The notes under the pieces were generated by a model. It saw nothing but the letters and a program-made list of their open reading frames with translations, was not told where the DNA came from and did no database searches. A program made the translations under genes and the position numbers. Source: a bacterium (GTDB lineage Bacteria; Bacillota; Limnochordia; DTU080; RSA5). From it: a stretch of DNA of 64,000 nt. Location: the NCBI GenBank assembly GCA_002919195.1, contig PKEU01000149.1, forward strand, positions 8,130 through 72,129. Reading direction: 5' to 3'. This document shows, piece after piece, positions 7,698 through 17,526 of this stretch. Numbering within the stretch: the first letter of the stretch is position 1; each line of letters opens with the position of its first letter.

Positions 7698-9980
7698 TTA
7701 GAGCAGAATAGAGACTTCGTCCCGGTCCATCCGCTCGATGCAGCGGGAGAGCTTGGCCACAAGGGCTTCATCTTGGCGGGCCGCCTGGCGCACTTGCCGC
7801 AAGACGTCGATGGCCCGGCGAAACGCGAAGACGATGTCGCCTTCGTCGACGCCACTGGCGGCCACCACCTCGCTAAACGACGCTCCCTGGCTCCAAAGGG
7901 ACGCCGCCTCGGCCAGCTGGTCGTAAAAGTCCGTCTGGGAGTAGCCCAGGTACAACCGTTCCATCCTGGAGATCAAGTCGACAGCCCGCATCACGACGCC
8001 CACGTCAAATGCGCGGTGCCGGCGGCGCTCCTCCCCTTTGCGAGGCTCGTAATCCATCGAGGCTGCCAGGGCGTTGATCTCATCCTCGCTCCAGTCGTGA
8101 AAGACGCCGCGAAAGAAGAGCTCGGTCACCAAGAGCTCGCTGCCGTTGATCTCCGCTGCAAAGATCCCCCGGGCGGTAAGCTCGCCGTCGCGCACGTAGT
8201 CGAGGGCCTCAAGCAGCGCCAGCTTCTCTTCAAACTCCCGGATAAACGCGTCGTCGCTGGGCAGCTCGTCCAGGGCGCGCTCCACCCGTTCGATGCGCGC
8301 CCGGATCCGGCGGTACTCCTTCGCCACGGGCTGGAATCGGGCCCGCACCCGCTCACTGCACCCGGCGGCCTCGAGCTTTTTGAGCGCCCGCCGGTGGGCG
8401 CCGATCTCGCGCCGAAGCTGCTTGATCCCTTTGCGGTCTCCCGCATCTTTCCTCCGTTTCAGCCGGTCGTTGAGGCGAGCGAGGGCCTTCTCTTGCTCCA
8501 GGGCTTCCAACGCAAGCTCAGCTTCGCGCAGGCTCAGCTCGCCGAGGAGGGCGGTCCGCGCTTCTTCGAGCCGGGAGAGCTCTGCACGGTACCGCCTTCT
8601 TGCCTGCTCCTGCTGGAAGCTCGCAAAATTGCGGCGCAGGATCGACTCGATCTGGGGCCGGTCGTAGCTCTTGACCAAATTGAGGACCGTGTTGTACGAC
8701 AGGGTAAACCGGCTTTCGATGGGCTCCACTTGGTCCTCGCGCATCGAGGGGAACTCCCTCGGGTTGAAAAAGTTGAAGTCCACCGCGGTAAAGACGTACC
8801 CCTTCTCGTCGATGCCCCGGCGCCCCGCTCGGCCCGCCATCTGGAAGTACTCCCGGTTAGTCAGCGCGCGAAACTGCCTGCCGTCCCACTTGGTGACGGA
8901 GTCGAAACAGACGGTGCGGCAAGGGAAGTTGAGCCCCACCGCAAAGGTCTCGGTGCAGTAGAGGAGCCGGATCAACCGGCGCTCAAAAAGCTCCTCCACC
9001 ACGTCCTTGACGATCGGCAAGAGCCCCGCGTGGTGATAAGCGATCCCCCTCTTGAGGAGCGGTTCGATCTCTCTCACGCTCCGCTCGCCCGCCCCGTCGT
9101 ACCGCTCGATGGCCCGGGCGATCACCTCGTCCACCTCTTGTTGTTCTTGGACCGAGAGCCATTGGCTCTCGTGAGCGGCCTCCCGGGCGTTGATCTCGCA
9201 CTTTCGGCGTGAGAAGGTGAAAAAGAGGCAGGGCAAAAGGTCGGGAGAGATATGCCGCACCAGCTCCAAATGGTGGGTGGGCTCAAATTCGGCCGCGACG
9301 GTTCCCGACTGGGTAGTGCCAAAGCGCGCCGCGTACCTGCGGTACCGCTTTTCCAGCTGCTTATACGTACACTCACCCAACGAGTGTTCGTACAGGTGGT
9401 GCTCCAAGGGCACGGCCCGGACGTGGTGGGTGATGACCCGGACCGGACGGCCGTGGATTTCACTGATCCAGCGGGCCAGCTCATCGATGTTGGGAATGGT
9501 GGCGGAAAGTCCCAAAAACCGCATCTCGGGCGGCATAAAGATCAGGCTCTCTTCCCAGACGCTCCCCCGGACCGGATCGTCGATATAGTGAATTTCGTCA
9601 AAGATGACGTGGCTCGTACCTGCCAGGCGGTCCCGGTCGGTGTGCAAGAGGTTGCGAAAGATCTCCGTCGTCATGATGAGGATGGGCGCCTGCGGATTGA
9701 TGACCACGTCGCCGGTCAAAATCCCGACGTTTTCCTCGCCCAGGTGTGCCTTGAACTCCTTAAACTTCTGGTTGCTCAGCGCTTTGATCGGCGCCGTATA
9801 CACCACCTGGCGGCCTGCCTTAAAGGCCATTTCGGTGAGGTAATCGGCGATGAGCGTCTTGCCCGTGCCTGTCGGCGCGGAAACCAAGACCGAATCTCCC
9901 GCCTCCAAGGCCCTGATGGCGTCTCGTTGAAAATCGTCGAGCGTGTATCCCCGGTATGTGATGAACTCCTGGCGCAACAC
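7698..9980 (-). CDS. DEAD/DEAH-box helicase of Ski2/HelY type (DSHCT-like C-terminus, coiled-coil arch insertion)
   Basis: 760 aa. Walker A SAPTGTGKT, DEIH box, SAT, QMAGRAGRRG (motif VI). A long R/E/L-rich coiled-coil insertion (res. ~460-560). C-terminal region resembling the Ski2/Mtr4 DSHCT domain. Confidence 0.85.
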   Translation of the reverse strand: MLRQEFITYRGYTLDDFQRDAIRALEAGDSVLVSAPTGTGKTLIADYLTEMAFKAGRQVVYTAPIKALSNQKFKEFKAHLGEENVGILTGDVVINPQAPILIMTTEIFRNLLHTDRDRLAGTSHVIFDEIHYIDDPVRGSVWEESLIFMPPEMRFLGLSATIPNIDELARWISEIHGRPVRVITHHVRAVPLEHHLYEHSLGECTYKQLEKRYRRYAARFGTTQSGTVAAEFEPTHHLELVRHISPDLLPCLFFTFSRRKCEINAREAAHESQWLSVQEQQEVDEVIARAIERYDGAGERSVREIEPLLKRGIAYHHAGLLPIVKDVVEELFERRLIRLLYCTETFAVGLNFPCRTVCFDSVTKWDGRQFRALTNREYFQMAGRAGRRGIDEKGYVFTAVDFNFFNPREFPSMREDQVEPIESRFTLSYNTVLNLVKSYDRPQIESILRRNFASFQQEQARRRYRAELSRLEEARTALLGELSLREAELALEALEQEKALARLNDRLKRRKDAGDRKGIKQLRREIGAHRRALKKLEAAGCSERVRARFQPVAKEYRRIRARIERVERALDELPSDDAFIREFEEKLALLEALDYVRDGELTARGIFAAEINGSELLVTELFFRGVFHDWSEDEINALAASMDYEPRKGEERRRHRAFDVGVVMRAVDLISRMERLYLGYSQTDFYDQLAEAASLWSQGASFSEVVAASGVDEGDIVFAFRRAIDVLRQVRQAARQDEALVAKLSRCIERMDRDEVSILL

Positions 9981-10020
9981 GACGGACAGACACTCCTTTA
10001 GACGCAGGCCTTTTCCCGAC

Positions 10021-10485
10021 CTACTCCCGCGCGTTGTGGGCGATCCGGGCGCAGGCAGCCGCGACGATGGCCGCCAAGAGGTCGTCGAGGAATGTGTTCA
10101 CCTGCTGGGCCTCGTCGAGTTCGACCAGGATCTTGGGGCGCTCCACGCCGAGATAGCCAAAATTGGACAGGCTGATCGAACCGTAGATATTGATGATGGA
10201 AAAGGCGAGCACCTCATCGATCGCAAAAAGGCGGTCGTTTTCCCTGACAATCTCTCCCAAGGGCTCCTTGAGCGTGCCCTCTTCAGCCATCATGTCGAGG
10301 GTGATCCCGGTGATCACGGCGTGCTGGACTTCCCTCTTGGCCAAGACCTGCCTCACGCTCTCCCTGCACTTGTCGAGGGTGAGGGAAGAATCGTAGGGTT
10401 TTTGCAGCTCCAACACCAGCTCGGCCAGCGCGTCGAGGTCGACGCCTCGCTGCTCCAGCAACTCAACGGCGATGTTTCTCACGAT
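10021..10485 (-). CDS. pgpA: phosphatidylglycerophosphatase A
   Basis: PgpA-like pattern (SIVRNIAVELLEQRGV..., ...FGYLGVERPKILVELDEAQQ). Start set at GTG 10485 with GGAGG 8 nt upstream; the track ORF extends to 10623. Confidence 0.7.
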   Translation of the reverse strand: MVRNIAVELLEQRGVDLDALAELVLELQKPYDSSLTLDKCRESVRQVLAKREVQHAVITGITLDMMAEEGTLKEPLGEIVRENDRLFAIDEVLAFSIINIYGSISLSNFGYLGVERPKILVELDEAQQVNTFLDDLLAAIVAAACARIAHNARE

Positions 10486-10844
10486 GGATCCATCTCCTCG
10501 GGGACGTCCCGCAAGCGAGACGCTTTGGGCGTCCAGCGGTTTTGATCGCGCCGGCGGTACTTCTCCATCACCGCCCGAAAGGCTTCGCCCAAGTCGATCC
10601 CCAGGGAGTTGGCAAAAGCGCAAAGGATGAAGAGGATATCGCCCATCTCCAAAGCCAAGTCGCTTTCAGCCTCGCCCGGCTTCTTGGGCTTTTCGCCGAA
10701 GCGGTGGTTCACTTCCCGGGCGAGTTCACCCACCTCTTCGGTGAGGCGGGCGAGCATGGACAGGGGCTTCCAGTACCCTTCTTGAAATTGGGAGATCCAC
10801 TGGTCGACCTCCCGCTGCATCGATTTGATGTCCATCGCGCTCAC
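10479..10844 (-). CDS. MazG-type nucleotide pyrophosphohydrolase domain protein
   Basis: 121 aa; EEVGELAREV ... E/D-rich metal-binding helix pattern of the MazG/YpjD family. Confidence 0.7.
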   Translation of the reverse strand: MSAMDIKSMQREVDQWISQFQEGYWKPLSMLARLTEEVGELAREVNHRFGEKPKKPGEAESDLALEMGDILFILCAFANSLGIDLGEAFRAVMEKYRRRDQNRWTPKASRLRDVPEEMDPS

Positions 10845-10909
10845 AAGCCTTTACCTGTTAGACTACTCACCCAACGCGGCCCCTGATATACTGGGGGCGA
10901 GGTGTCACC

Positions 10910-12067
10910 ATGTCCCAAGGCCACCGACTCAAAGATGAGCTGAAATCCTACGCCCGCTCGATCGGCGTGCATCACCTGGCGGTCGGCGAGGCGGCGCCCT
11001 TTGGCCGAGAGGCCGAGCTTCTTGAGGCCATGCGCTCTCAAGGAACGTATCCGGCCTTTACCGACACCGACATCGAGCGGCGGACCCGGCCTGGGCGTTG
11101 GCTCCCCGACGCCAAGAGCATCATCGCCATCGCCGTGTCGTACCTGACCGACGACGATCACCACCCGCCCCGCCAGGGCGTCCTGCGGGGCATCGTCTCC
11201 CGCTATGCCTGGGGCCGGGACTACCATCCGATCCTCCGCGAAAAGCTTGAGGCCATAGCCGCCTTCCTCGCCCAGCGCGTCGATCATCCCGTCCGCTTCG
11301 TCCCTTACGTAGACACCGGACCGCCCGTCGACAGGGCTGTGGCAGTTCGCTCGGGGATTGGCTGGTACGGGAAAAACGCTTGTGTCTACACGCCCCGGTA
11401 CGGCTCGTACATCTTTTTGGCGCAAGTGGTCACCAACGTCGAGTTAGAGCCCGACCCCCCGATCAGCCGCTCGTGCGGCCCCTGCGACCGGTGTATCCGG
11501 GCATGTCCCACCGGCGCCATCGAAAGGCCCTTTTGGGTCAATCCCGCGAAGTGCCTTTCCTACATTACCCAAATGCCAGGCATGATCCCCAAAGAGTATC
11601 GCAAGGCCATGGGGCGCCGCCTTTGGGGATGCGACGTCTGCCAGATCGTCTGCCCGTGGAACTGGGAGGCCGAAGCGGCCGGCGATGACGCCTTCCGGCC
11701 CAGCCCGGAGCTCACCGCCCGCCCTGCGCTGATCCCTCTCCTCACCATGACCAACTCGCAGTTCCGCCGGTGGTTTGGCCCCACCGCCATGAGCTGGCGA
11801 GGGAAAAAGATCATCCAACGCAACGCGTGCATCTGCCTTGGCAACATCGGCGACCCCGAAGCCGTCCCCGCTCTAGAGGATCGCCTGTTGCACGACGCGA
11901 AGCCCGAAGTCCGGGCCAGCGCCGCTTGGGCCCTAGGCCAAATCAGCGACGACCGCTCCTTGCGTGCCCTCGAGCGGGCCCGCAGGGCCGAAAGCCACCC
12001 CATGGTGCTCGAGGAGATCGACGACGCGATGGCAGAAGCGGTCCAAAAGAGCACGCCCTCCCCTTGA
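10910..12067 (+). CDS. queG: epoxyqueuosine reductase
   Basis: 385 aa. 4Fe-4S ferredoxin motifs (CGPCDRCIRACPTGA, CDVCQIVCPW), a QueG-type N-terminal domain and C-terminal HEAT-like repeats. GAGGTG SD 6 nt upstream. Confidence 0.85.
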   Translation: MSQGHRLKDELKSYARSIGVHHLAVGEAAPFGREAELLEAMRSQGTYPAFTDTDIERRTRPGRWLPDAKSIIAIAVSYLTDDDHHPPRQGVLRGIVSRYAWGRDYHPILREKLEAIAAFLAQRVDHPVRFVPYVDTGPPVDRAVAVRSGIGWYGKNACVYTPRYGSYIFLAQVVTNVELEPDPPISRSCGPCDRCIRACPTGAIERPFWVNPAKCLSYITQMPGMIPKEYRKAMGRRLWGCDVCQIVCPWNWEAEAAGDDAFRPSPELTARPALIPLLTMTNSQFRRWFGPTAMSWRGKKIIQRNACICLGNIGDPEAVPALEDRLLHDAKPEVRASAAWALGQISDDRSLRALERARRAESHPMVLEEIDDAMAEAVQKSTPSP

Positions 12068-13036
12068 CTATAAACCCGAGAAGGGCTCGAGGACAAAGAC
12101 AACCGCGAAGCGGCCCAAGAAATCGTACTCCTCGACCGCTTCCCGGATGCGCCGGGCATCAGCGGCACCGATGATGACGTCGGTGCGGGGAAGACCCCGC
12201 GTCCCCTGGGCATCGATGATCAGCGGCAGCCTAAAAGGATAGGCGTCGCTCACCTTGAGCCGGGGATGAGACGTCGCCTCCCTCAGATCGGTGCTGTATG
12301 CCACGATGCCCAGGCTGTAAAGCTGTGTCTCTCCCGCTTCAATGCCGGCAAAGACCAACTGCCCATTTTCGTCCCAGATGCGCGGGCTCATCCCCCGCTG
12401 GAGGTCGGTCCCCTTCGCGTTGATGACGAGCCCGGTGTAGATGGGACGGCCCGATGCGAGTCGCTCCTCCCACTCCCGCGCGAGGCGCTCTTCGAGCGTG
12501 TCGGCCTCATACAGCCCCACGTCGTCCCACACCAACGCGCCCGAGCCCGACAACACCACCTGCCTCCATCCCGGCCGGGAGGGAGCGTCAAAGCGAAACT
12601 CGATCTTGACCCAGCCGTCCTCGGGTTCGATGCCCCGAAAGACCCGGGGATGCCCGCCTTCCCAACGGACGCCTACCACGGCCACCGAGCCGGGAGAAAG
12701 CGCCTTCACCCACGCCGTCACCGTGTAGCGGACGCCGGGCTCGAGGGTGGGCCCTACCGTCTGCACCAATTCCGCCGACGGGTCGATTTCGGGATACATC
12801 ACCACGGCCCCGTCGCCGGAGCGGCCGCCCCTTTCAACGAAACGGGTCCCTTCCCCTTTGAGGATCCAGTAGTCGGCGCCCACAAACGACGAGTTGCGGA
12901 GAAAATTGAGGGCAGGAGCTCCCGAGAGCACCGCCGTCACGCCGGTGGCTCCGACGCCTGAGGCCGGGAGCACGAGGAGCAGAGCCGCCCAAAGGATAAA
13001 CACTCCTCGAAATCGCCGATTTACTCCTCGGAACAC
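12068..13036 (-). CDS. secreted hypothetical protein with CBM4/9-like carbohydrate-binding-module fold
   Basis: N-terminal signal peptide (VFILWAALLLVLPASGVGA). Central region with a galactose-binding-like pattern (...VTAWVKA...VWDDVGLYE). Abuts the queG stop with no spacer. Confidence 0.5.
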   Translation of the reverse strand: MFRGVNRRFRGVFILWAALLLVLPASGVGATGVTAVLSGAPALNFLRNSSFVGADYWILKGEGTRFVERGGRSGDGAVVMYPEIDPSAELVQTVGPTLEPGVRYTVTAWVKALSPGSVAVVGVRWEGGHPRVFRGIEPEDGWVKIEFRFDAPSRPGWRQVVLSGSGALVWDDVGLYEADTLEERLAREWEERLASGRPIYTGLVINAKGTDLQRGMSPRIWDENGQLVFAGIEAGETQLYSLGIVAYSTDLREATSHPRLKVSDAYPFRLPLIIDAQGTRGLPRTDVIIGAADARRIREAVEEYDFLGRFAVVFVLEPFSGL

Positions 13037-14082
13037 ACCAACCGGACCTCCTCACCCGTCTGCGCCGACCGGTAGATGGCCCGGACCAGTTCGACGGCTC
13101 GCATCCCTTCCCGGCCGTCGACCAGGGGGGATCTTCCTTCCCGCACAGCTTGGACAAAATCTTCCAGTTGCCTTTGGTGATTGTCAAAGGAGATCGCCAT
13201 GGGGTCGCTGGCGGCCCCTGAAAGCTCCTTGGGCCCGTACTTCTCGATCATCTCGGCGCTCAGCTCGCTCTTGCCGCCTTCGTACCACTCGGCGACGGCA
13301 TCGTCCACCAGCACCACGCCTCCTTTGTCCCCGTGGACCTCGATCCTCTTGGGGTATCCGGGGAAAACCGAGGTGGTGGCTTGGATCACTCCCATGGCGC
13401 CTGATGAAAACCTGAGCACGGCAACCAGAGTATCTTCCACTTCAATGCCCGTGTGGGCCAGACAATCGGAGTAGGCATAGACACGCTCGACGGGGCCCAT
13501 GAGCCATAGGAGAAGATCGACGGCGTGGATGGCCTGGTTCATCAGCGCGCCCCCGCCATCCAGCTCCCACGTGCCGCGCCAAGCGCCGCTGTCGTAATAC
13601 GATTGCGGGCGGTACCATTTCACGTACGCGTCGCCCATGACAATCCGCCCAAACCTGCCTTCTACCAGAGCTCGCCGGGCCGCCTGATTGGCAGGCGCAA
13701 AGCGGCTTTGAAAGATGACCCCCACCTTGACGCCCTTGGCCTCGGCAGCCTCGACGATGCGAAGGCACCGCTCCTCCGTCACCTCCAGGGGCTTTTCGAC
13801 CACGACGTGCTTGCCCGCCTCGATCGCTGCCAAGGCCGGTTCCATGTGGTAGCCCGACGGGGTGCAGACGATGACACCGTCGACATCATCTCGCGAAACC
13901 AGCGACTCCAGCCGCTCCTCCCACTCAACCCCGTACTTTTCGGCCACGGCCTGAGCCCTTTGAGGCGTCCGGCTCCATACCGCAACCAGGCGGGCGTCCT
14001 CCATCTTGCGAATACTTTCGATATGCGCCTGGGAGATATTGCCGCATCCGGCAACGGCAAAGCGAAAGGGTGCACGCGACAT
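13021..14082 (-). CDS. Gfo/Idh/MocA family oxidoreductase
   Basis: N-terminal Rossmann fold FAVAGCGNISQAHIESI..., EKP motif, and C-terminal alpha/beta domain typical of the family. Confidence 0.8.
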   Translation of the reverse strand: MSRAPFRFAVAGCGNISQAHIESIRKMEDARLVAVWSRTPQRAQAVAEKYGVEWEERLESLVSRDDVDGVIVCTPSGYHMEPALAAIEAGKHVVVEKPLEVTEERCLRIVEAAEAKGVKVGVIFQSRFAPANQAARRALVEGRFGRIVMGDAYVKWYRPQSYYDSGAWRGTWELDGGGALMNQAIHAVDLLLWLMGPVERVYAYSDCLAHTGIEVEDTLVAVLRFSSGAMGVIQATTSVFPGYPKRIEVHGDKGGVVLVDDAVAEWYEGGKSELSAEMIEKYGPKELSGAASDPMAISFDNHQRQLEDFVQAVREGRSPLVDGREGMRAVELVRAIYRSAQTGEEVRLVCSEE

Positions 14083-14112
14083 CCCATGTGACCTCCTCGC
14101 CGTACTTTCGCG

Positions 14113-14454
14113 TTAGGCTTCGACCTGTGCCAAGGCTTGCGCCAGCGACTGGAAAAGCTCGTCCCGGCTCTTCTTTCCCACCCAGCGCTGGATCTCCTTT
14201 CCTCCAGCAAACAGGATGAGCGTGGGGATGCTGGTGACTTCGCATTGCTGGGGGGTGGCGAGATTTTCATCGGTGTTGACCCGAAGCCGCCGCAAACGCC
14301 CCTGGTACTCGGAGACGGCATCCGCGACCACGGGAGCAAACTTGAGGCACGGCCCGCACCAAGGCGCCCAAAACTCCAACAGCACAGGATAAGGGGCTTT
14401 CAGCACGCGCTCCTCAAACTCGTCTTCGCGAAGCTCCAAGAGAGTCATCGCCAT
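14113..14454 (-). CDS. trxA: thioredoxin
   Basis: 113 aa with the WAPWCGPC active site and thioredoxin fold length. Confidence 0.85.
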   Translation of the reverse strand: MAMTLLELREDEFEERVLKAPYPVLLEFWAPWCGPCLKFAPVVADAVSEYQGRLRRLRVNTDENLATPQQCEVTSIPTLILFAGGKEIQRWVGKKSRDELFQSLAQALAQVEA

Positions 14455-14549
14455 CCCGTCCTCCCCAAGGGCGAAACGCTTTCCGGAAGCCTCAGGCCGC
14501 TACTCTAATTCCAAAAGCTGCCGCAAAACCCTTGCTCTCCAGGGGGCGC

Positions 14550-14588
14550 AAAGTCGAAAGGAAAAGGGCGACCCAAAAGAGGTCGCCC
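14550..14588 (-). terminator. rho-independent terminator downstream of the Nfu-C gene
   Basis: Perfect 8-bp GC stem (GGGCGACC / GGTCGCCC, 14566-14588) with a 7-nt loop. On the minus strand it is followed by a U-rich tract (complement of AAGTCGAAAGGAAAAG, 14550-14565). Confidence 0.5.
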
Positions 14589-14620
14589 CCAACCCGTCGA
14601 TACTAGTGAAAAGACGGATC

Positions 14621-14860
14621 TCAGACGGCTTGAACGGCGGTGATGCCGGGGACCTTCCGCTTGATGATCCGCTCGATCCCCGCCTGCAAGGTGACCAGGG
14701 ACATCGGGCAACCACCGCACGCGCCGACCATGCGGACCTGGGCCACACCGTCTTCGGTGATGTCGACCAGCTCCACATCGCCGCCGTCCATCTGGATCGC
14801 CGGCCGGATCTCGTCCAGAGCCTCCTGAACCTTGGCCATCAACTCAACCGTGCTCTCCAT
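14621..14860 (-). CDS. NifU/Nfu C-terminal-domain Fe-S cluster assembly protein
   Basis: 79 aa; VGACGGCPMS CxxC motif and flanking pattern of the Nfu C-terminal domain. Confidence 0.75.
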   Translation of the reverse strand: MESTVELMAKVQEALDEIRPAIQMDGGDVELVDITEDGVAQVRMVGACGGCPMSLVTLQAGIERIIKRKVPGITAVQAV

Positions 14861-14979
14861 CCACAGGCACCTCCATTCTACACGCTCCGGCGCCGCTGTC
14901 TGCGTTTAGCGTTGACTGGATCAAGCGTCTCCCAGCGCATTGACTCCATCTCTAAGTGTACGGTGGAACCCTCGGGGCG

Positions 14980-15963
14980 TCAACCGCCGATCTGCACCAT
15001 GTTCCTCTGTCCCCGCCAGGCGCCCAGGGCCTCGTGGTGCTCCGGTTTAAACTGGGAAGCGACGCGGAGAAGCTGCAGCAACTCTTCATCGCTGATTCCC
15101 GCCCGCAGCGGGCCCAAAATGTCGGTCTCAATCTCCGTCAGCAAGCAGGGCCGTACCTTGCCGTCGGCAGTCAAACGCAAACGGTTACACCCCGCGCAAA
15201 AGTGCTCTGTCATGGGTGTGATAAATCCGATGATCCCCTTGGCGCCCGGCAGGCGGAAATTTCTCGAAGCGGAAATGCCGGACCACTCCAGTTCCTCCAG
15301 CGCGCCAAAGCTCTGGATCAGCTGCTGCTTCACTTCGCTGGCGGGGACAAACCGTTGCTGATAGAGGTGCTCGTCGCCCCCGATCGGCATGTATTCGATG
15401 AAGCGCACATGCCAAGGCCTGGTCAAAGTGAGAGCGGCCAATTGAGCGACTTGATCGTCGTTGAACCCCCGGGTTACCACCACATTGAGCTTGATCGGAA
15501 CGAGCCCGGCTTCTTGGGCGGCGTCGATCCCTTCCAAAACGTCTTGCAGCCGCCCGCCCCCCGTCATCAAGGAGAAGATATCGGGATCCAGGGTGTCGAG
15601 GCTGACGTTGACGCGGTGGAGCCCATTGCGTGCTAAAGCTTCCGCGTGTTTCTTGAGAAGGAGACCGTTGGTCGAGAGCGCAAGGTCCCTAATCCCCGGA
15701 ACTTGCGCGACCTCCCCAATAAACTCGACCACGCCCGAGCGGACCAAGGGCTCTCCGCCGGTGATGCGCACCTTGTACAGGCCGGCGCCGGCCAACACCC
15801 TTACGACCCGCAGCATCTCGTCAAAATCGAGAAATTGATCGCGCCGCTCCTCAAAGCTGAGGTCAGAGGGGCGGCAGTAGACACACCTGAGGTTGCACCG
15901 CGTGGTCACCGAAATCCGAAGGTACCCTATGGTCCGCCCGAAAGACGACGCGATTTGGGTCAA
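14980..15963 (-). CDS. moaA: GTP 3',8-cyclase (molybdenum cofactor biosynthesis protein A)
   Basis: 327 aa; radical-SAM CNLRCVYC motif near the N-terminus and a C-terminal second cluster (CAGCNRLRLTADGKVRPCL). Confidence 0.9.
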   Translation of the reverse strand: MTQIASSFGRTIGYLRISVTTRCNLRCVYCRPSDLSFEERRDQFLDFDEMLRVVRVLAGAGLYKVRITGGEPLVRSGVVEFIGEVAQVPGIRDLALSTNGLLLKKHAEALARNGLHRVNVSLDTLDPDIFSLMTGGGRLQDVLEGIDAAQEAGLVPIKLNVVVTRGFNDDQVAQLAALTLTRPWHVRFIEYMPIGGDEHLYQQRFVPASEVKQQLIQSFGALEELEWSGISASRNFRLPGAKGIIGFITPMTEHFCAGCNRLRLTADGKVRPCLLTEIETDILGPLRAGISDEELLQLLRVASQFKPEHHEALGAWRGQRNMVQIGG

Positions 15964-16025
15964 AATCGCCGCCCCTTCCTCATTGCTCGCTCGCGACGAC
16001 GCCCATCGCCTCTTCCGCCTTAAGG

Positions 16026-17303
16026 CTATAGGTCATGCCGCCACCACTCGACCTCACCCAAAAAGCGGTCGAGAGCTGCGTCACGCTGCTCCTCCTTTTC
16101 CCGCACGCCTTCGTTGACGGCAGCGATCTCCTCTTCGTCCAGATACTCTTCCATGATGCTGTTGGCTACATCGATGACGTCGCGGCTGGCTGCCGTAGCA
16201 CCTGCGTCGGTGAAGATCTCGATCAGGACGGGGATCAGCCTTGGGCGATCAGCTTTGACCAGCGCCCGCAGCGCCGCAGCCTGGACGGACGAGGAGCGAT
16301 CTTCGATGGCGAGGCGTCGCACCGGGGCTGCCAAGCTCGAAGGATCCTGCAAAAACGGGACCAGCTTGACCGCCACCTCGCGCACCGAAGGGCTTTCGTC
16401 CCGCATGAGCTGCCCCAACGTCGCCTGCAGCGCGTCTTGTTTCGCCGACCGGATCAACTGGACCACCGATTGGGCCGTGGGGTGATCGGGAACCAGACGC
16501 AAACTGCCCTCGGCTTCAAACAAGAGCACCGTCGCCGCGGCCTTGGACCGCGTCTTGGGATCGATCAACACAAGGCTGACGATATCGCTTGTGGCAGAGA
16601 GGAGCATCCGGTCTTGAGCGATGGTGAGCGCGACGCTCCGCACACGGCTGCTCTTGTCTCTCAGCCACTTGATCACCAGTTCTTCAGAGCAGTTTTTGGA
16701 GCCCTCCAAGAGAGCGTCCAGGCTCTTTTTCTCCAGCCGATCGAGCTTTTCGCCCACAGGACGGCGGTAAAAGCGCGCCAGCGCCTGCAGGTGCCGGTCG
16801 TCGCCCGATTTGCCGATGAGATAGATCGCCAGGCACTGCAGCAAGTACTCCTGCGAGTCGAGAGCCTGCTCAAGGGGCTCCAAGAGCTCCTCAGGCGGAG
16901 CCGACAAGACGATGCGGATCAGCTCGCCGGCAAGCCACCCCTCTTCGGTCAGGGCGATGACGCGAAACAGCGCCGGCAAAGCCTCCCGGGTCGCGACCCG
17001 CGCCAGGATGGCTTTGGCATGCTCGCGATCGGTGTAAAACATATGCCTGATGTGCCGCTCCAGGTCGCTGGCCTCTTGGTCCGTACGGACGCGCGAAAAG
17101 ACCAGGCGGTAAAAATGCTCCTGAAGCGCAGGATCGTCTTGCGCCGCCACTGCCCTGAGGAAGTACCGGCTCTTTCGGGGCGTCGCCGCCAGCTGCTCCA
17201 GCTCGGCCATAATCATGCGGCTCGTTCCATCTCCATCCGCCGAGCGGAGGCTGTTAAACAAATTCTCCACCTTGAGGCGGAAAGTTTCGTTATCCATACG
17301 CAT
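16026..17303 (-). CDS. HEAT-repeat (PBS-lyase-like) hypothetical protein
   Basis: Repetitive alpha-helical ~30-40-aa units (…SVRSVAL…, …SVREVAV…, …SSSVQAAALRAL…). Start set at ATG 17303 (MRMDNETF) with GAGG upstream; the track ORF starts earlier. Confidence 0.55.
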   Translation of the reverse strand: MRMDNETFRLKVENLFNSLRSADGDGTSRMIMAELEQLAATPRKSRYFLRAVAAQDDPALQEHFYRLVFSRVRTDQEASDLERHIRHMFYTDREHAKAILARVATREALPALFRVIALTEEGWLAGELIRIVLSAPPEELLEPLEQALDSQEYLLQCLAIYLIGKSGDDRHLQALARFYRRPVGEKLDRLEKKSLDALLEGSKNCSEELVIKWLRDKSSRVRSVALTIAQDRMLLSATSDIVSLVLIDPKTRSKAAATVLLFEAEGSLRLVPDHPTAQSVVQLIRSAKQDALQATLGQLMRDESPSVREVAVKLVPFLQDPSSLAAPVRRLAIEDRSSSVQAAALRALVKADRPRLIPVLIEIFTDAGATAASRDVIDVANSIMEEYLDEEEIAAVNEGVREKEEQRDAALDRFLGEVEWWRHDL

Positions 17304-17526
17304 GGACGACAACCTCGCTCTTCTTCTATCAGTATTTCGTCGATACGATCGATACTTCTGAAAGCGGTCACTTATTTTGGAGGCGCAAGGGTACAAGTAG
17401 GCACGTAGGCGCCCCCCTTTAGGTGAGGCGCCTTGAGCGTGCCTCGTGTCTCAAGCGAGAGGACATGGATCGGACAGTTAACGCAACCTCATTATATCAG
17501 ACTTCTCCCAGCGGGGAAAGGGCGGC

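Noticed and set aside
7464-9212. 582-aa ORF on the plus strand (and similar long ORFs at 9252-10001, 16035-17408, 32681-34111, 42126-43343, 43683-45029, 61515-62786)
   Set aside because: These are antisense to well-supported genes (helicase, HEAT protein, kamA, Mo-subunit, ParA). Their translations are R/G/P/H-rich low-complexity sequences, typical of stop-codon-poor reverse frames in high-GC DNA. No motif or RBS supports them.
17304-17526. 220-bp relatively AT-rich intergenic region with a GGCGCC…GGCGCC hairpin, considered as a small RNA or tRNA locus
   Set aside because: No tRNA-like T-loop/anticodon architecture, and the hairpin lacks a U-tract. It is most simply the promoter region of the HEAT-repeat gene plus the 3' UTR of the upstream gene.
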